Of a stretch of DNA of 64,000 bases, positions 48,460 through 58,373 are shown piece after piece. The stretch lies in the IMG/VR virus record IMGVR_UViG_3300044634_004095; one strand, 5' to 3'. The stretch comes from an uncultured virus (IMG/VR IMGVR_UViG_3300044634_004095) (Duplodnaviria; Heunggongvirae; Uroviricota; Caudoviricetes). The notes beneath the pieces are model-generated. The model was not told the DNA's origin, did not search any database, and saw nothing but the letters and a program-made list of their open reading frames with translations. The position numbers and the translations under genes are program-made. Position 1 is the first letter of the stretch, and every line of letters starts with the position of its first letter.

Positions 48460-49515
48460 CTACTGAAGAAAGCCGCTTAAATCATCATTTGTTATTTTCT
48501 GTTGTGTGAAGTGTTCAGCGAAATGGATGTGGTCATGTACTCCAGAGTGCCTTCCGTCTGACCCATACACCCAATAGTGCTCCTGCATCTCCGTCTGTGG
48601 TTCATGCTCACACTCGTTGCAGTCCGTTAGTCCAAGCACCTCCCATAACCTTGGTCCGGGATGGGGGGCAAAGCCTCTTGCCGCTTGCTCTGCTTCTATC
48701 TGCCGCCAGTAGGGGAGTTTTGGGCTGATACTTTTATTAATTTCAGGCATGTTCTTTACTGGAATATAAGAATCATATTTTACGTAGTTATTCAGAACTT
48801 TTTGTTCTTTTTGCGGCCATGTTGCAAATTTAAAATTAATATTTGCAGCTGCGCATAATGATTCAAAAATATCAATTATCAAGAATGAATAAAAAACTAT
48901 CAACTCTGGAGGAATTTGATAGTTCCTGTTGTCGCCAGCGTGAATCTCAAATTCCTTGGATGATCTCTCCCCCGGGTTTGCCTGATTTCTGGTCTCTATG
49001 TAGGCTCCAACATTCTGATCCCAATCGATGTGCCTCATATCGATCAATCCATCAACCTCATTTAGGCGATGTGGCAACCACGCTCTGTCCAAGTTTGGGA
49101 TTAAGTAATATATAGTATTTGGTGCGCCGAATGAACGTATTACGTCAGCGGCAAATCCAGATTGAAAAGCAACCCCACTTCCTGGATACCCACAATTATT
49201 TACTTTCAGTTTTGTTTTTTGCTCAATGATTTTTGACCAATTCAACATTGACGGGAGAGCGCCACCTTCAGTGAAAGAACAGCCCATTGTTAGTATTTCT
49301 GGGTTCTCGTAGAATCGAGACTTTTCTCCCATGGTCTTGTGTATAAAATTTCCGTTTTCGTCACGTTCTGAACTGCTTTTAATAAATGTTTTTGCATTTT
49401 CAAGAGTGTGCCTGTTGTACGCATCTCCATAAAAAACACCATTTCTTCCGTTTGCCGGTAGTTTGGAAGAAAGCAAACGCCTTGATTCGACGCTCAATGA
49501 TGGGTAATGCTGCAT
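48460..49515 (-). CDS. SGNH/GDSL-like hydrolase-fold protein
   Basis: GCSFTEG, N.G.PGSG, DGRHSG. Confidence 0.6.
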   Translation of the reverse strand: MQHYPSLSVESRRLLSSKLPANGRNGVFYGDAYNRHTLENAKTFIKSSSERDENGNFIHKTMGEKSRFYENPEILTMGCSFTEGGALPSMLNWSKIIEQKTKLKVNNCGYPGSGVAFQSGFAADVIRSFGAPNTIYYLIPNLDRAWLPHRLNEVDGLIDMRHIDWDQNVGAYIETRNQANPGERSSKEFEIHAGDNRNYQIPPELIVFYSFLIIDIFESLCAAANINFKFATWPQKEQKVLNNYVKYDSYIPVKNMPEINKSISPKLPYWRQIEAEQAARGFAPHPGPRLWEVLGLTDCNECEHEPQTEMQEHYWVYGSDGRHSGVHDHIHFAEHFTQQKITNDDLSGFLQ

Positions 49516-49720
49516 CTCTATAGCTCCAATACTCAGTAAATAAAATGGTCCGGGTCGTCTGTGTGATTTTTTTTCAAAGAAAATTTTAATTTAAATATTC
49601 TTACCCAAAAAATTAGTCTTCTTTGAATACGTTTTATCCTGTAATTAATTCTATTAATTTTAATTTTCAAATTTTTATTCCATTCATAAGTTTCTTGCCG
49701 AACTTTGCAAACGATGCAAT

Positions 49721-49945
49721 TTAATCATCAAGGCGATGCTTGGTTTCTCGAGCTTCAATCCATACCCGTGCTCCACACGAATCAGGCGTATCTGACTGGA
49801 CAACTGTTGCAGCAACAACCCCGCACCCGCAAGGGCATATAATATCAATTGTTCTGTGATGAGTAGACCCTTTATAGGTGCGATCGATTATGGCATCTTG
49901 TTGCTTTTTGATGTTTTGTTGATGGACATGAATGATGTGTTTCAT
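49721..49945 (-). CDS. hypothetical phage protein
   Basis: IHVHQQ...SCGARVWIE; ATGA overlap. Confidence 0.6.
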   Translation of the reverse strand: MKHIIHVHQQNIKKQQDAIIDRTYKGSTHHRTIDIICPCGCGVVAATVVQSDTPDSCGARVWIEARETKHRLDD

Positions 49946-50586
49946 TTTCCGTCAGTTTTGTTCACATCGTAATGATATCTGCCGTCATCGGAGGTGAGCC
50001 ATTTACTACCGTCCTCCACCCCCCAGATATCATCGCTCACTAAACGCTCAATGAGGTTTTGTCCTTTTTTTGTTGTGTGTGAAGGATCCCAGAGACGTAT
50101 GCGGTTATTCGGTTGTATAGCAAAGTTCCCATCTTCTCTTTCGATGACATGACCACATTTGTGATTTGCTGCATTGATTGAGTAATTTGAATCAGTTACG
50201 TTCATTTCTGGATGATGCCAATCAAGGGTAAACATGTACTTGCCGTCCACGTTCTCTTTGTGGCGGTCAACATAAGACATAGACCTTCCGCGCATATGTT
50301 CAAAAGTCGTGACCGATATATAAGGAGAAAAACAATTCCACATTACTAAATCGTAGATTTCTACTTCAGGGCTATCTTCACGCATACAAAAAGCATTTAT
50401 TGGAGCTCTCCACCAAACTCCACCGTCCTCCATGAGAAAATGAAAAACAGGAGCCCTATCTGTAATGGAAGCTACGCCGAATATAACTACGGGAAATTTT
50501 AGGTGATGACTATCGACCTGATTCCGTAAGAAATTTCCTCTTACTAAACAGTGAACAGGCGGAGTGTTTGCATTTAATTCTGGCAT
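49942..50586 (-). CDS. hypothetical phage protein
   Basis: LNANTPP...MWNCFS...HKCGH...GNFAIQPNNRI. Confidence 0.7.
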   Translation of the reverse strand: MPELNANTPPVHCLVRGNFLRNQVDSHHLKFPVVIFGVASITDRAPVFHFLMEDGGVWWRAPINAFCMREDSPEVEIYDLVMWNCFSPYISVTTFEHMRGRSMSYVDRHKENVDGKYMFTLDWHHPEMNVTDSNYSINAANHKCGHVIEREDGNFAIQPNNRIRLWDPSHTTKKGQNLIERLVSDDIWGVEDGSKWLTSDDGRYHYDVNKTDGK

Positions 50587-50634
50587 GCTAAAAACTTAGC
50601 ATATGCAAACTTGACATGCACAATAGAATTATTA

Positions 50635-50958
50635 CTAAGAAATTTTTGATACGTATTTAGACATTGCATCCGATGCCCGTTCAAGTATGTCATCAAGCAT
50701 CTCCGGGTCCATAGGGAGAGACATCATTGTTGGGTCTAATCTTAACCATTCGCAGTTTAGTACTTCCCGAAGGGCGCGATGGAGTCCATCAGCTACCACG
50801 GTCCACTCGTCGATTTCTCTGCGCATATCGCGCATGGACTGTCGTATAGCAACAAGGTCAGCTCTTTGGGTTGGCGTAAGTGGCGCTGAAATCTGAACGG
50901 ATTCAGCGGATGTTGATATTTTTTTAGTAGTTAGATTCATGCTCTTTGTGTTATCCAT
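50635..50958 (-). CDS. hypothetical protein
   Basis: 107-aa helical ORF. Confidence 0.5.
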   Translation of the reverse strand: MDNTKSMNLTTKKISTSAESVQISAPLTPTQRADLVAIRQSMRDMRREIDEWTVVADGLHRALREVLNCEWLRLDPTMMSLPMDPEMLDDILERASDAMSKYVSKIS

Positions 50959-51008
50959 ATCTTCATCTTATCCGTTTGTGGCTTTTTACGCCATCAGTTT
51001 ACAATTTT

Positions 51009-51377
51009 TTACCAAACCTCAAAACCGCCACAGCTTTCTAAAAAAAACAAAAAAGATGAAGAAATTATTGATTGATAACCTGCCGGACTAAGTCTAAAGT
51101 TCTCATCAATTGAATATGGCCTAAAATCTTTATATTTATCAAAAGATTCTTCAATGCTTAAAAAATTTGCTTTCTCTCTCAACGTATCGCTTATTCGTGC
51201 GCAGTCCTGCGCAGATAATGAGAACCCATCGGAGAACATCATCTTTCGTGCTTCACTCTTGTCTATGGCCAGAAGATGATGCATGATTATTAAGTAATCA
51301 TGCCAAATCCACGTATTTAGGCGAAATGCTTTGCCATAAGAATTCAAAGGAGAAATTCCAATTAGATCATACGCCAT
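51009..51377 (-). CDS. hypothetical protein
   Basis: MAYDL...FLESCGGFEVW. Confidence 0.6.
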   Translation of the reverse strand: MAYDLIGISPLNSYGKAFRLNTWIWHDYLIIMHHLLAIDKSEARKMMFSDGFSLSAQDCARISDTLREKANFLSIEESFDKYKDFRPYSIDENFRLSPAGYQSIISSSFLFFLESCGGFEVW

Positions 51378-52326
51378 TTTGTGTACTCTCTTCCGAGTGA
51401 ATGCGCGGTCCCATGTGGGTGCTGCTTAAGGAAAATTTAACGTCCAACTGCTGATATGTTTTTATGCTTAGTTTAGGGTCTTTGGGATCTGTTCGATGTT
51501 CTGGCAAATCAACGTATCCACATCTGACCATTGATGATTGATCTTCTGGATCCATGAATTTGTCAAAAATATTAGAAATGTAACTTAAATAATTTTTATT
51601 GAGAACATCCGACCAGCGCAAACTCCCGTTAAGTTGAATTAAAGCTTGATCAAAATTCCTAAGAACTAACCCTTCTTCTAGATGTCCGTCGCTTTGGGGG
51701 TCGTGATACATTGGAGAAAGCCTTATTTTTTCTTTTAATTCTGGATCTATCGACTTCCATAGTTTATTAAGTACAGCAGTTATCAGCCATGGTCCACAAT
51801 CCGGCCCAATTGCATGATCTTTCTTTTCGATCAAAAGATGACACATTTCTTCAGCGGCGTCACAAATTGCATTTATGAAAATATTGTTTGGAGTTGAGCC
51901 AATAAAGTCGTTGTTTAACGCCAGGACATGATCTCGCTTCCCGAGCATGGAGACAATCAAATCTGATGGTTCAAAGTATTCTGGCGGTACGCCTACCGCT
52001 ACGAACTGCTTACTCAAATCAACAAATTTAGTAATCGGCATTTTGGCGGCAATGTCGCAGTCTACGTAAATGCCTCCTAGGCTCTGCAGAACGACTATCC
52101 TCCAGATATCGGACTTTCCATTCCCGGTAATGTATGGATACCGAATAATTTTTGAAAATCGTCCATTTTGGAGACTATCTATTTGATCGATTGCCTCTTC
52201 GTTAGAAACGTATCTGTATTCAAAATCTGGATTTATTTCGCGCCACGTACCGGTTGCGGCCTCTATATATGGAGGGAGCTTATCGCCGGGGAATCTGTGC
52301 GTTTGCCAAATTGTTTTGGGAATCAT
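51367..52326 (-). CDS. glycosyltransferase family 32 (DxD, OCH1-like)
   Basis: IPKTIWQT, TWREINPDFEY, SDIWR, GGIYVDCD, GPWLIT. Confidence 0.88.
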   Translation of the reverse strand: MIPKTIWQTHRFPGDKLPPYIEAATGTWREINPDFEYRYVSNEEAIDQIDSLQNGRFSKIIRYPYITGNGKSDIWRIVVLQSLGGIYVDCDIAAKMPITKFVDLSKQFVAVGVPPEYFEPSDLIVSMLGKRDHVLALNNDFIGSTPNNIFINAICDAAEEMCHLLIEKKDHAIGPDCGPWLITAVLNKLWKSIDPELKEKIRLSPMYHDPQSDGHLEEGLVLRNFDQALIQLNGSLRWSDVLNKNYLSYISNIFDKFMDPEDQSSMVRCGYVDLPEHRTDPKDPKLSIKTYQQLDVKFSLSSTHMGPRIHSEESTQNGV

Positions 52327-52390
52327 GCGCTAATGCTAGCACTTTTGGCAACTGCATGGAAGTTCGTAAATTACTACAGAACTTTGCCTC

Positions 52391-52436
52391 CCAAGTACTT
52401 AAGAATGGTGTAACCAAGTACTCAAGAATGGTGTAA
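52391..52436 (+). repeat. 23-bp tandem direct repeat x2, probably part of a promoter
   Basis: CCAAGTACTYAAGAATGGTGTAA twice, one mismatch. Confidence 0.85.
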
Positions 52437-52480
52437 TATTTGTATGTTCTGTTTTTTCTATATCACATAAAGGATTAAAA

Positions 52481-52831
52481 ATGTCAACAGCAGCACTCGC
52501 CCCATCAACCATCACATTGAACATTGCTGGCGGACTTGCCACAACTAGCATCGTAACCATGAGAATGCCTTTTGCTGGCAAAATCACTGGCGCTACCGTC
52601 GCAGTAACCACAGCCCCAGTAGGCTCAGCACTTACCGCAGACCTTAAAGTCGGTTCTGATGTAGCAGCAGCGTTCTCAATTGCAGCCGCAGCAACTTCAG
52701 CCGCAGGAACACTTACTGCAGCCAACTGCGATTTCACAGAAGGCGCCCTTGTCAGCCTTGACGTTTCAGCTGTTGGTTCTAGTACTGCCGGTTCAAACAT
52801 AACTGTCGCATTCACGGTTGTTGAAGGCTAA
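52481..52831 (+). CDS. small Ala/Thr-rich beta protein, probable virion decoration/structural protein
   Basis: AAGGA SD; TTAPVGSALTADL...VSLDVSAVGSSTAGSNITV; own terminator. Confidence 0.6.
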   Translation: MSTAALAPSTITLNIAGGLATTSIVTMRMPFAGKITGATVAVTTAPVGSALTADLKVGSDVAAAFSIAAAATSAAGTLTAANCDFTEGALVSLDVSAVGSSTAGSNITVAFTVVEG

Positions 52832-52852
52832 GTAGTTCAACCTCCTACGATT

Positions 52853-52882
52853 AGGACGCCTCCTTCGGGGGGCGTCTTTTTT
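52853..52882 (+). terminator. Rho-independent terminator
   Basis: GACGCCTCC-TTCG-GGGGGCGTC then T-run. Confidence 0.85.
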
Positions 52883-52966
52883 GTTTCTAGGGTTTTTTGC
52901 TTATCTTGTAAATGTATATTGTGACAATAAGATTTATTAGACCAATCGACCAACCGATGTAGTGCT

Positions 52967-53647
52967 TCATGGAGCGATTCTCCCATTTTTGATCCAAGCC
53001 TCGTGCGTTATTGGCATTTGACTTTCAAATATTCGCTCTACTTCTTTTGCGCATTTACGTATGTCAACTTGCGCTGATTCGGCGGTTCTGAGTGAAAGAA
53101 AGTTCATTAGTGCTCGCGCGTTTACCGTCCAGTAGAACTGCGTGTACATAGAAACTGGGAGAACAGATCTGGCCAGCTCTTTCGCCACGCCCATTTCAAG
53201 TAGCTCCAGATATGAATTATATGCGGATATGTTGTTTTCTTCTATTATTTTTTTAGCCTTTTCTGCATCACTTAAGTCCATTTTTTCAAATGTATAAGAA
53301 CCTGGTTTGCCTGTTTGCTTGCGGACGTCTTCCAGAAGTGGAGAAAAAAACTCGTTTGGGACCTCTGAGTAGCGGGCTGAGAATTCATTAAAAGAACCTA
53401 TCCTGTGGCGGAACCACTCTCTGGCTACGAAAATTGGGCATTTAATGTGGAATCTAAATGAGTTATGCTCAAACGGTGTGCCGTGACGCTCTCTCATTAA
53501 GAAATTTATTAACCCAACGGCTGAAGCATCCATATGCTCAGAACTCTTTGCAAAAGATACCCTTGCTGAATTTACTACCGAAATATCGTCTGCCATGAAG
53601 CCGTCTAGTCGCACGAAGCCGTATGTTTGATTTGATTTATTTTCCAT
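52967..53647 (-). CDS. thyX: FAD-dependent thymidylate synthase
   Basis: HGTPFEH, RHRIGSFNEFSARY (ThyX motif), ELARSVLP, NARALMNFLSLR. Confidence 0.95.
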   Translation of the reverse strand: MENKSNQTYGFVRLDGFMADDISVVNSARVSFAKSSEHMDASAVGLINFLMRERHGTPFEHNSFRFHIKCPIFVAREWFRHRIGSFNEFSARYSEVPNEFFSPLLEDVRKQTGKPGSYTFEKMDLSDAEKAKKIIEENNISAYNSYLELLEMGVAKELARSVLPVSMYTQFYWTVNARALMNFLSLRTAESAQVDIRKCAKEVERIFESQMPITHEAWIKNGRIAP

Positions 53648-53701
53648 AGATCCCCTGATTAAAATACAAAATACAATTTAAAAGTTTGATAAAAAAATTT
53701 A

Positions 53702-53983
53702 CTAATGATGTCTGCTTCGCCACTCTATCAATCTGTCAATCTTTGCCCAAATGGTAGGAAGCTTATTTCTTTGTTTTTTTATTTTTCGAGAAATAGAATA
53801 AAATTTAATTGACTCGTTGTTTATTGAAAATTCAATATCGTCGATTAGGTATTTAATGTAGTTGTACTTGACGAGAATATGTTTTCTGCAAAGCTCATTT
53901 ATCTCGGTGCATTCTTTACAGTCTCTCCGAGGCTTTAAGTCAGTGTCTTGATCATTGGTGAGAGTATTTTTTTTAATTTCCAT
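53702..53983 (-). CDS. hypothetical protein
   Basis: CKEC...LCRKH. Confidence 0.45.
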   Translation of the reverse strand: MEIKKNTLTNDQDTDLKPRRDCKECTEINELCRKHILVKYNYIKYLIDDIEFSINNESIKFYSISRKIKKQRNKLPTIWAKIDRLIEWRSRHH

Positions 53984-54006
53984 TTTTATCGAGACCTTTG
54001 CATTTT

Positions 54007-54708
54007 TTAAATATAGCTAAGATGAGTTAATCTTTCACTTAATATAAGTTTAGTTTGTTCTTCGTTAACTTTTACCCCAAATCCGTGCAGTGAATCAATT
54101 AGGTATTTGGGGTTGCCGCTCCAGATGTCGTGATCGACAACGAGTACCTTGTTGGGGCCGAGCAATTCGGACTCGGCAACATCTAGCAACCAATCGCGAC
54201 ATTGTGCGATTTCATTTATAGAATCGTCACTATATTTCCAAAAAGAAGAACGTGAAACGTCTAGCGGGTTCCTCACATTGAATATGAACTTAGAATCTGG
54301 AAATATTCTTGCCATGAACAGCAGGACTTCTGTGCTGAATTCAGCACCGTCACGCGCAGGGTTAATCATCGTCTCTTTCCACCCAGAGACGATCGTGCCC
54401 TCCCCTGGCTGCAGGATGATGTCGTGGAAGAAATTAACAATGGAGTCTTCCATGTTTGGCAGATTAACTAGATCGATTCCCTGGATAGGGCTCAGATCAC
54501 TGCCTACGGGTACTTCGGGCATTAGCTTTGGCACCTCAGAGATGAGGTTGCTTATGTCGCGAAATATTCTGTAGAAATTGTTTATGATCCCGATTGACTC
54601 GCCCCTGATCGTATGGTCACTAGCCGTATTGACAACTCTCAACAAAGTTGTGGACCCGGTCCTAGGGTAAGTAATTATAAAAAGGTGTCTAACTTTTGAT
54701 TGATTCAT
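54007..54708 (-). CDS. sulfotransferase family protein
   Basis: PRTGSTTL (5'-PSB), GWKE, RNPLDVSRS (3'-PB). Confidence 0.8.
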   Translation of the reverse strand: MNQSKVRHLFIITYPRTGSTTLLRVVNTASDHTIRGESIGIINNFYRIFRDISNLISEVPKLMPEVPVGSDLSPIQGIDLVNLPNMEDSIVNFFHDIILQPGEGTIVSGWKETMINPARDGAEFSTEVLLFMARIFPDSKFIFNVRNPLDVSRSSFWKYSDDSINEIAQCRDWLLDVAESELLGPNKVLVVDHDIWSGNPKYLIDSLHGFGVKVNEEQTKLILSERLTHLSYI

Positions 54709-54710
54709 AT

Positions 54711-55334
54711 CTATCGCTCGTTGTTTATGTTGGTGCCCAAAAATGCCTTATTCAAATACCCAGGCTGCGCAAAAGAGGACCAGTCGGAAACAACGGTCTT
54801 GTCTGGCTCTGCTGGTTTGTAATTTGCGCTAATGCATATTCTGGGGTCATCACTCCAATGGCGATCCGTGTAGTGATCTAGATAGGAATTGAATATGACT
54901 AGCTTCCCTACGCTCGACTTGACCACAATTCTTTTCTGCATAGTGTTGCAGTAAGAAGCGTAAAAGTGAATATTGGCTCCGCCCTCAGGAGCGGATGGGT
55001 AATAAGCGACCGAATAGTACTCCTCTGGGTGAAGCTGGTAATTGTTTTTGTGGTTGTGCTGAGGAACAGATCCACCGGAGCTCATTGAGAGCATCCAGAA
55101 CTGCTTGCAGATCATCTGCTTTTGCGCAACTGTGTTCACTCTAAGTGAAATCTCATTTTCTAATTTAAGTGTTTCTGGCCCAGCTTCCGGAAACCGAACG
55201 TCAGCTAAATTTTGACTGTTTTCAGGGTTTGAGTAAAATTTATTCAGTTCATTCACTAAAGCAAAATTGTCTATAGATGTGATCGTTGATTCAAAAACAC
55301 TTTGCTGAATAAGGGGAATTTCTCTTATATCCAT
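54711..55334 (-). CDS. putative 2OG-Fe(II) oxygenase
   Basis: HNH...YYP...IFNSYLDH...RICISAN. Confidence 0.75.
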   Translation of the reverse strand: MDIREIPLIQQSVFESTITSIDNFALVNELNKFYSNPENSQNLADVRFPEAGPETLKLENEISLRVNTVAQKQMICKQFWMLSMSSGGSVPQHNHKNNYQLHPEEYYSVAYYPSAPEGGANIHFYASYCNTMQKRIVVKSSVGKLVIFNSYLDHYTDRHWSDDPRICISANYKPAEPDKTVVSDWSSFAQPGYLNKAFLGTNINNER

Positions 55335-55343
55335 AGATGGATA

Positions 55344-55976
55344 CTACACCATTCTAGGGTTCTCAATTACCGGCCTGTCCCAGTAGATAGACCAGTCTGC
55401 GTTTGGGGTCTTATTTGGTTCAATGGGGGCGAGGTTCATACTTACAGATATTCTTGGTTCATCTATTCTGTGCCTAGTAGTCATGTGCGTCATGTACGAG
55501 TTAAATATGACCAGCAGCCCAACTGACGGAACAATAGTTAATGTTCTCTGCATAACGCCGCACCATTCAGTTGCAAACATTAATTCAGCAGAGCCCAATG
55601 ATGCTTCTGGGTAGTAAACAATAGAAAAGTACTCTTCTGGGTGTGTGTGAAGATTTGAGTAGTGACTGTGAGAGATCACGCTTTGATTTTTAAGTAAATT
55701 TACAGCCAATATGTCTTCGACTTTATATTCTTTTCCAGTCAGCTCTTTGATCGTTTCCAAAACCCTATTCTCTAGTTTTGTGATTTCTGGAGTAATCGGA
55801 ACGATGATGTCGTCGAAGTGCACAAAGCCATTTTTTGTCCAGCCGATAGTTTTTTGATCCTTTGTTGTGCTAATCCCGTAATTGTTAAGGTCGAAAATAA
55901 TTTGTTCGTTATTGATATCATCCAGGATCGCCGTATGTATGTTTTGAGATATTACTGGAACTGTTTTTATCGTCAC
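55344..55976 (-). CDS. putative 2OG-Fe(II) oxygenase, tandem paralog
   Basis: HSH...HPEEYFSIVYYP...IFNSYMTH...RISVSMN. Confidence 0.75.
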   Translation of the reverse strand: MTIKTVPVISQNIHTAILDDINNEQIIFDLNNYGISTTKDQKTIGWTKNGFVHFDDIIVPITPEITKLENRVLETIKELTGKEYKVEDILAVNLLKNQSVISHSHYSNLHTHPEEYFSIVYYPEASLGSAELMFATEWCGVMQRTLTIVPSVGLLVIFNSYMTHMTTRHRIDEPRISVSMNLAPIEPNKTPNADWSIYWDRPVIENPRMV

Positions 55977-56176
55977 GGTAGGCCTTGAGTTTGCGGAATG
56001 TTTCTAAAATATTTTTCTTCGGGAAATATTTCTTCTACGACTACAGGGATTTCCTTGCATAGTCCACATCTTCCGGAATATGCGTAGGCGTGACTGATGT
56101 GACAAGGCCAATCTCTGCAGCAACGAAGTACTATAACTTCATTAAAAAAGTTTCCAGTAAACTCAGCCATTGGCAT
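55973..56176 (-). CDS. small Cys-rich protein
   Basis: CCRDWPC...CGLC. Confidence 0.45.
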   Translation of the reverse strand: MPMAEFTGNFFNEVIVLRCCRDWPCHISHAYAYSGRCGLCKEIPVVVEEIFPEEKYFRNIPQTQGLP

Positions 56177-56429
56177 TTCTCGTGTTCTTTTTTGTGGTCA
56201 CTATGTGCGCCGCAGCTTCATGTCGATCCGGCATTGCGCGAACCAGTATTGCTAGGTCCACAAGGATGTCCATCAATTCACTGTCCTTGAGTTCTTGCTC
56301 TTCTTCAAACCATGCAAGCAGCTTGCCATTGGCGTACTCGTCCCAGATTATGGCCATTGCTTGAACTGCTGTCGTGCCGAGGTTGTAGTAGTTCTCCCAG
56401 ATCAGATCCCGTACCTCTAGGTTGCTCAT
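56163..56429 (-). CDS. hypothetical protein
   Basis: AAGGGG SD before ATG 56429. Confidence 0.55.
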   Translation of the reverse strand: MSNLEVRDLIWENYYNLGTTAVQAMAIIWDEYANGKLLAWFEEEQELKDSELMDILVDLAILVRAMPDRHEAAAHIVTTKKNTRNANG

Positions 56430-56647
56430 TTCCCCTTCTTCCATATGTGTGCATTTCTTGTGTAAACGAGAATATAGGAAATCGAACCAACTATAAACCC
56501 GTAAGTTTTTGTTTGCAACGCAAAAACAATCCAAAGACACTCCATGACTATGAGCCACAGAAATGCTTCCCAGCGTTTTTTCCCAATAAAGTACATCCCC
56601 AGTACTCCCATCCCGGCCAGCAGCCAAGACCACTGAAGTGGTGTCAT
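56426..56647 (-). CDS. small three-TM membrane protein
   Basis: WSWLLAGMGVLG...LWIVFA...YGFI. Confidence 0.6.
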   Translation of the reverse strand: MTPLQWSWLLAGMGVLGMYFIGKKRWEAFLWLIVMECLWIVFALQTKTYGFIVGSISYILVYTRNAHIWKKGK

Positions 56648-56805
56648 TTTTTCTTTTTCTTTATCTTGTACCCATTGAGTTTAAGTTCTTCTACGATATG
56701 TTCAGCTATCCCTTTGTTCAGGCAGATTCCTTTATGAACAAGGGCCTGTGTAATAACGTCAAGTTTTTTGTTTTCATATATTGGTTGCATTTTGCCTCCT
56801 GGTAG

Positions 56806-56879
<74 letters not shown>

Positions 56880-56883
56880 GTAT

Positions 56884-57036
56884 TTATTTAATTTTGTACT
56901 CTTTGTAAAACAACTCAAGTGCTTGTCTAATAACGGAACTTTTAGCAAGTTTCATGTTTTGGGATGCTAGTTCCATCTTTCGAGCGCTTTCTCCAGAAAG
57001 GTAAACAACCAATCTCTCTGATTCTTTCTTACTCAT
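56884..57036 (-). CDS. 50-aa ribbon-helix-helix (CopG-like) protein (not in ORF track)
   Basis: MSKKESERLVVYLSGESARKMELASQNMKLAKSSVIRQALELFYKEYKIK; GGAGG SD. Confidence 0.6.
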   Translation of the reverse strand: MSKKESERLVVYLSGESARKMELASQNMKLAKSSVIRQALELFYKEYKIK

Positions 57037-57277
57037 CATTTACCTCCTCCGACCCGGTAGAACCCATAAATTTATTAGCAGCTGGAGTTCCAGGAGGGAA
57101 GCGCATCATTGATTTGCTCATGTCGGAGTAGGTAGGCAGGCGTGCTAATTCAAGCTCATGCTCTAGTTCGTGTATCTTCAGTTGAAGAGCAAGCACGTCT
57201 GGATAGTTGTCTATGGAACGTGGACATTCGTTGCACGTGTACTTTCCACCTGTGGTAAATGGTTTCCAATGTTTCAT
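57029..57277 (-). CDS. hypothetical protein
   Basis: ATGA coupling; CNEC. Confidence 0.5.
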   Translation of the reverse strand: MKHWKPFTTGGKYTCNECPRSIDNYPDVLALQLKIHELEHELELARLPTYSDMSKSMMRFPPGTPAANKFMGSTGSEEVNDE

Positions 57278-57449
57278 TTGTCATACTTTTCTATTATGTC
57301 TTGGATAATTGTATTTTCTTCATGCCTAGTCAATGGTATTCGTTCTGCATGATTGTGCAGTAAGCAGCTTTCGGATTCTCGATACCAAGAAATGACATTG
57401 GGGATACTGACGTTAATGTTTTTCTTTTTTGATTTTACATTGCTGGTGT

Positions 57450-57689
57450 TCATCTTTTCCCATTCTTGCTTGTAGGAAGACCATTGACGCATTTGTGGTT
57501 TTTGTACCACATTTCAACATGCCTCCAGTCTGGCCATCTGAAGGATGTTTTATTGCACGATGAGCATTGTCCTTTAAAGTTTCGACCTTCGCTTAAATTT
57601 ATTAAAATTGGTTTATCTACGGTAAAAATTTTAATCTCTGCATTTGTTTGTTTTTGAGAGAATAGTTTAACCATGTCTAGTTCAGGCAT
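57450..57689 (-). CDS. small zinc-finger protein
   Basis: CSSC...HKC; AAAGG SD. Confidence 0.5.
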   Translation of the reverse strand: MPELDMVKLFSQKQTNAEIKIFTVDKPILINLSEGRNFKGQCSSCNKTSFRWPDWRHVEMWYKNHKCVNGLPTSKNGKR

Positions 57690-57803
57690 TCATTCTTTCC
57701 TTTACGAATTGTTCTTATATCCGAACAAGCCTTTGTAGCAATTCATTATTCCGTTAACTTATAACTATTTGTGCGCTTTTTGATGTTCGTTGAACCTTGG
57801 CAG

Positions 57804-57876
57804 TGGGCTAGACGGGAATTGAACCCGCGACCACCATTTTATAAGAATGGGGCTCTTACCACTGAGCTACTAGCCC
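57804..57876 (-). tRNA. tRNA-Ile (anticodon UAU)
   Basis: GGGCTAGTAGCTCAGTGGTAAGAGCCCCATTCTTATAAAATGGTGGTCGCGGGTTCAATTCCCGTCTAGCCCA; stem CCATT/AATGG, loop CTTATAA. Confidence 0.92.
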
Positions 57877-57883
57877 TAATGGA

Positions 57884-58273
57884 CTACAGCTCACGTATTC
57901 GTTGAATAGTAGACATGAGCTCCGACATATCTGCTTCGACATCTACTGGGATAGAGAGAGAGTTGGCGATCTTTATAAACATTTTTCTCTTGTTGAAACC
58001 GCCAGCTGTATCTATCTTGGAGGAAAACTCTCCATCCTTAAAGAGAAGAAGTGCAGGGATTGACCTAATGTCATATCGTTGTGCCAGTTCTGGGCTTTCG
58101 TCAACATTCAATTCGACAAATTTTAAAATACCAGAAAAATCAACGCTCAATTCGTCCAGTAGCGGTTTTATCATTTTACACGGGCCACACCAAGGAGCCC
58201 AAAAATCAACCAAAACTGGAAGTTCGGATGATTTAATGAATTCGTCAAAAATGTCTGTTGTTATGGATTGCAT
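57884..58273 (-). CDS. trxA: thioredoxin
   Basis: LVDFWAPWCGPCK, RSIP. Confidence 0.93.
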   Translation of the reverse strand: MQSITTDIFDEFIKSSELPVLVDFWAPWCGPCKMIKPLLDELSVDFSGILKFVELNVDESPELAQRYDIRSIPALLLFKDGEFSSKIDTAGGFNKRKMFIKIANSLSIPVDVEADMSELMSTIQRIREL

Positions 58274-58373
58274 TTAATCCTCTTTTGTCTGTTTTTTTAT
58301 TTTGATAATATTAGCTTGATCTTAGCAATGGAAATGTTGTATTGCAACAGGATTACTAAATCATCTTCTGTAA

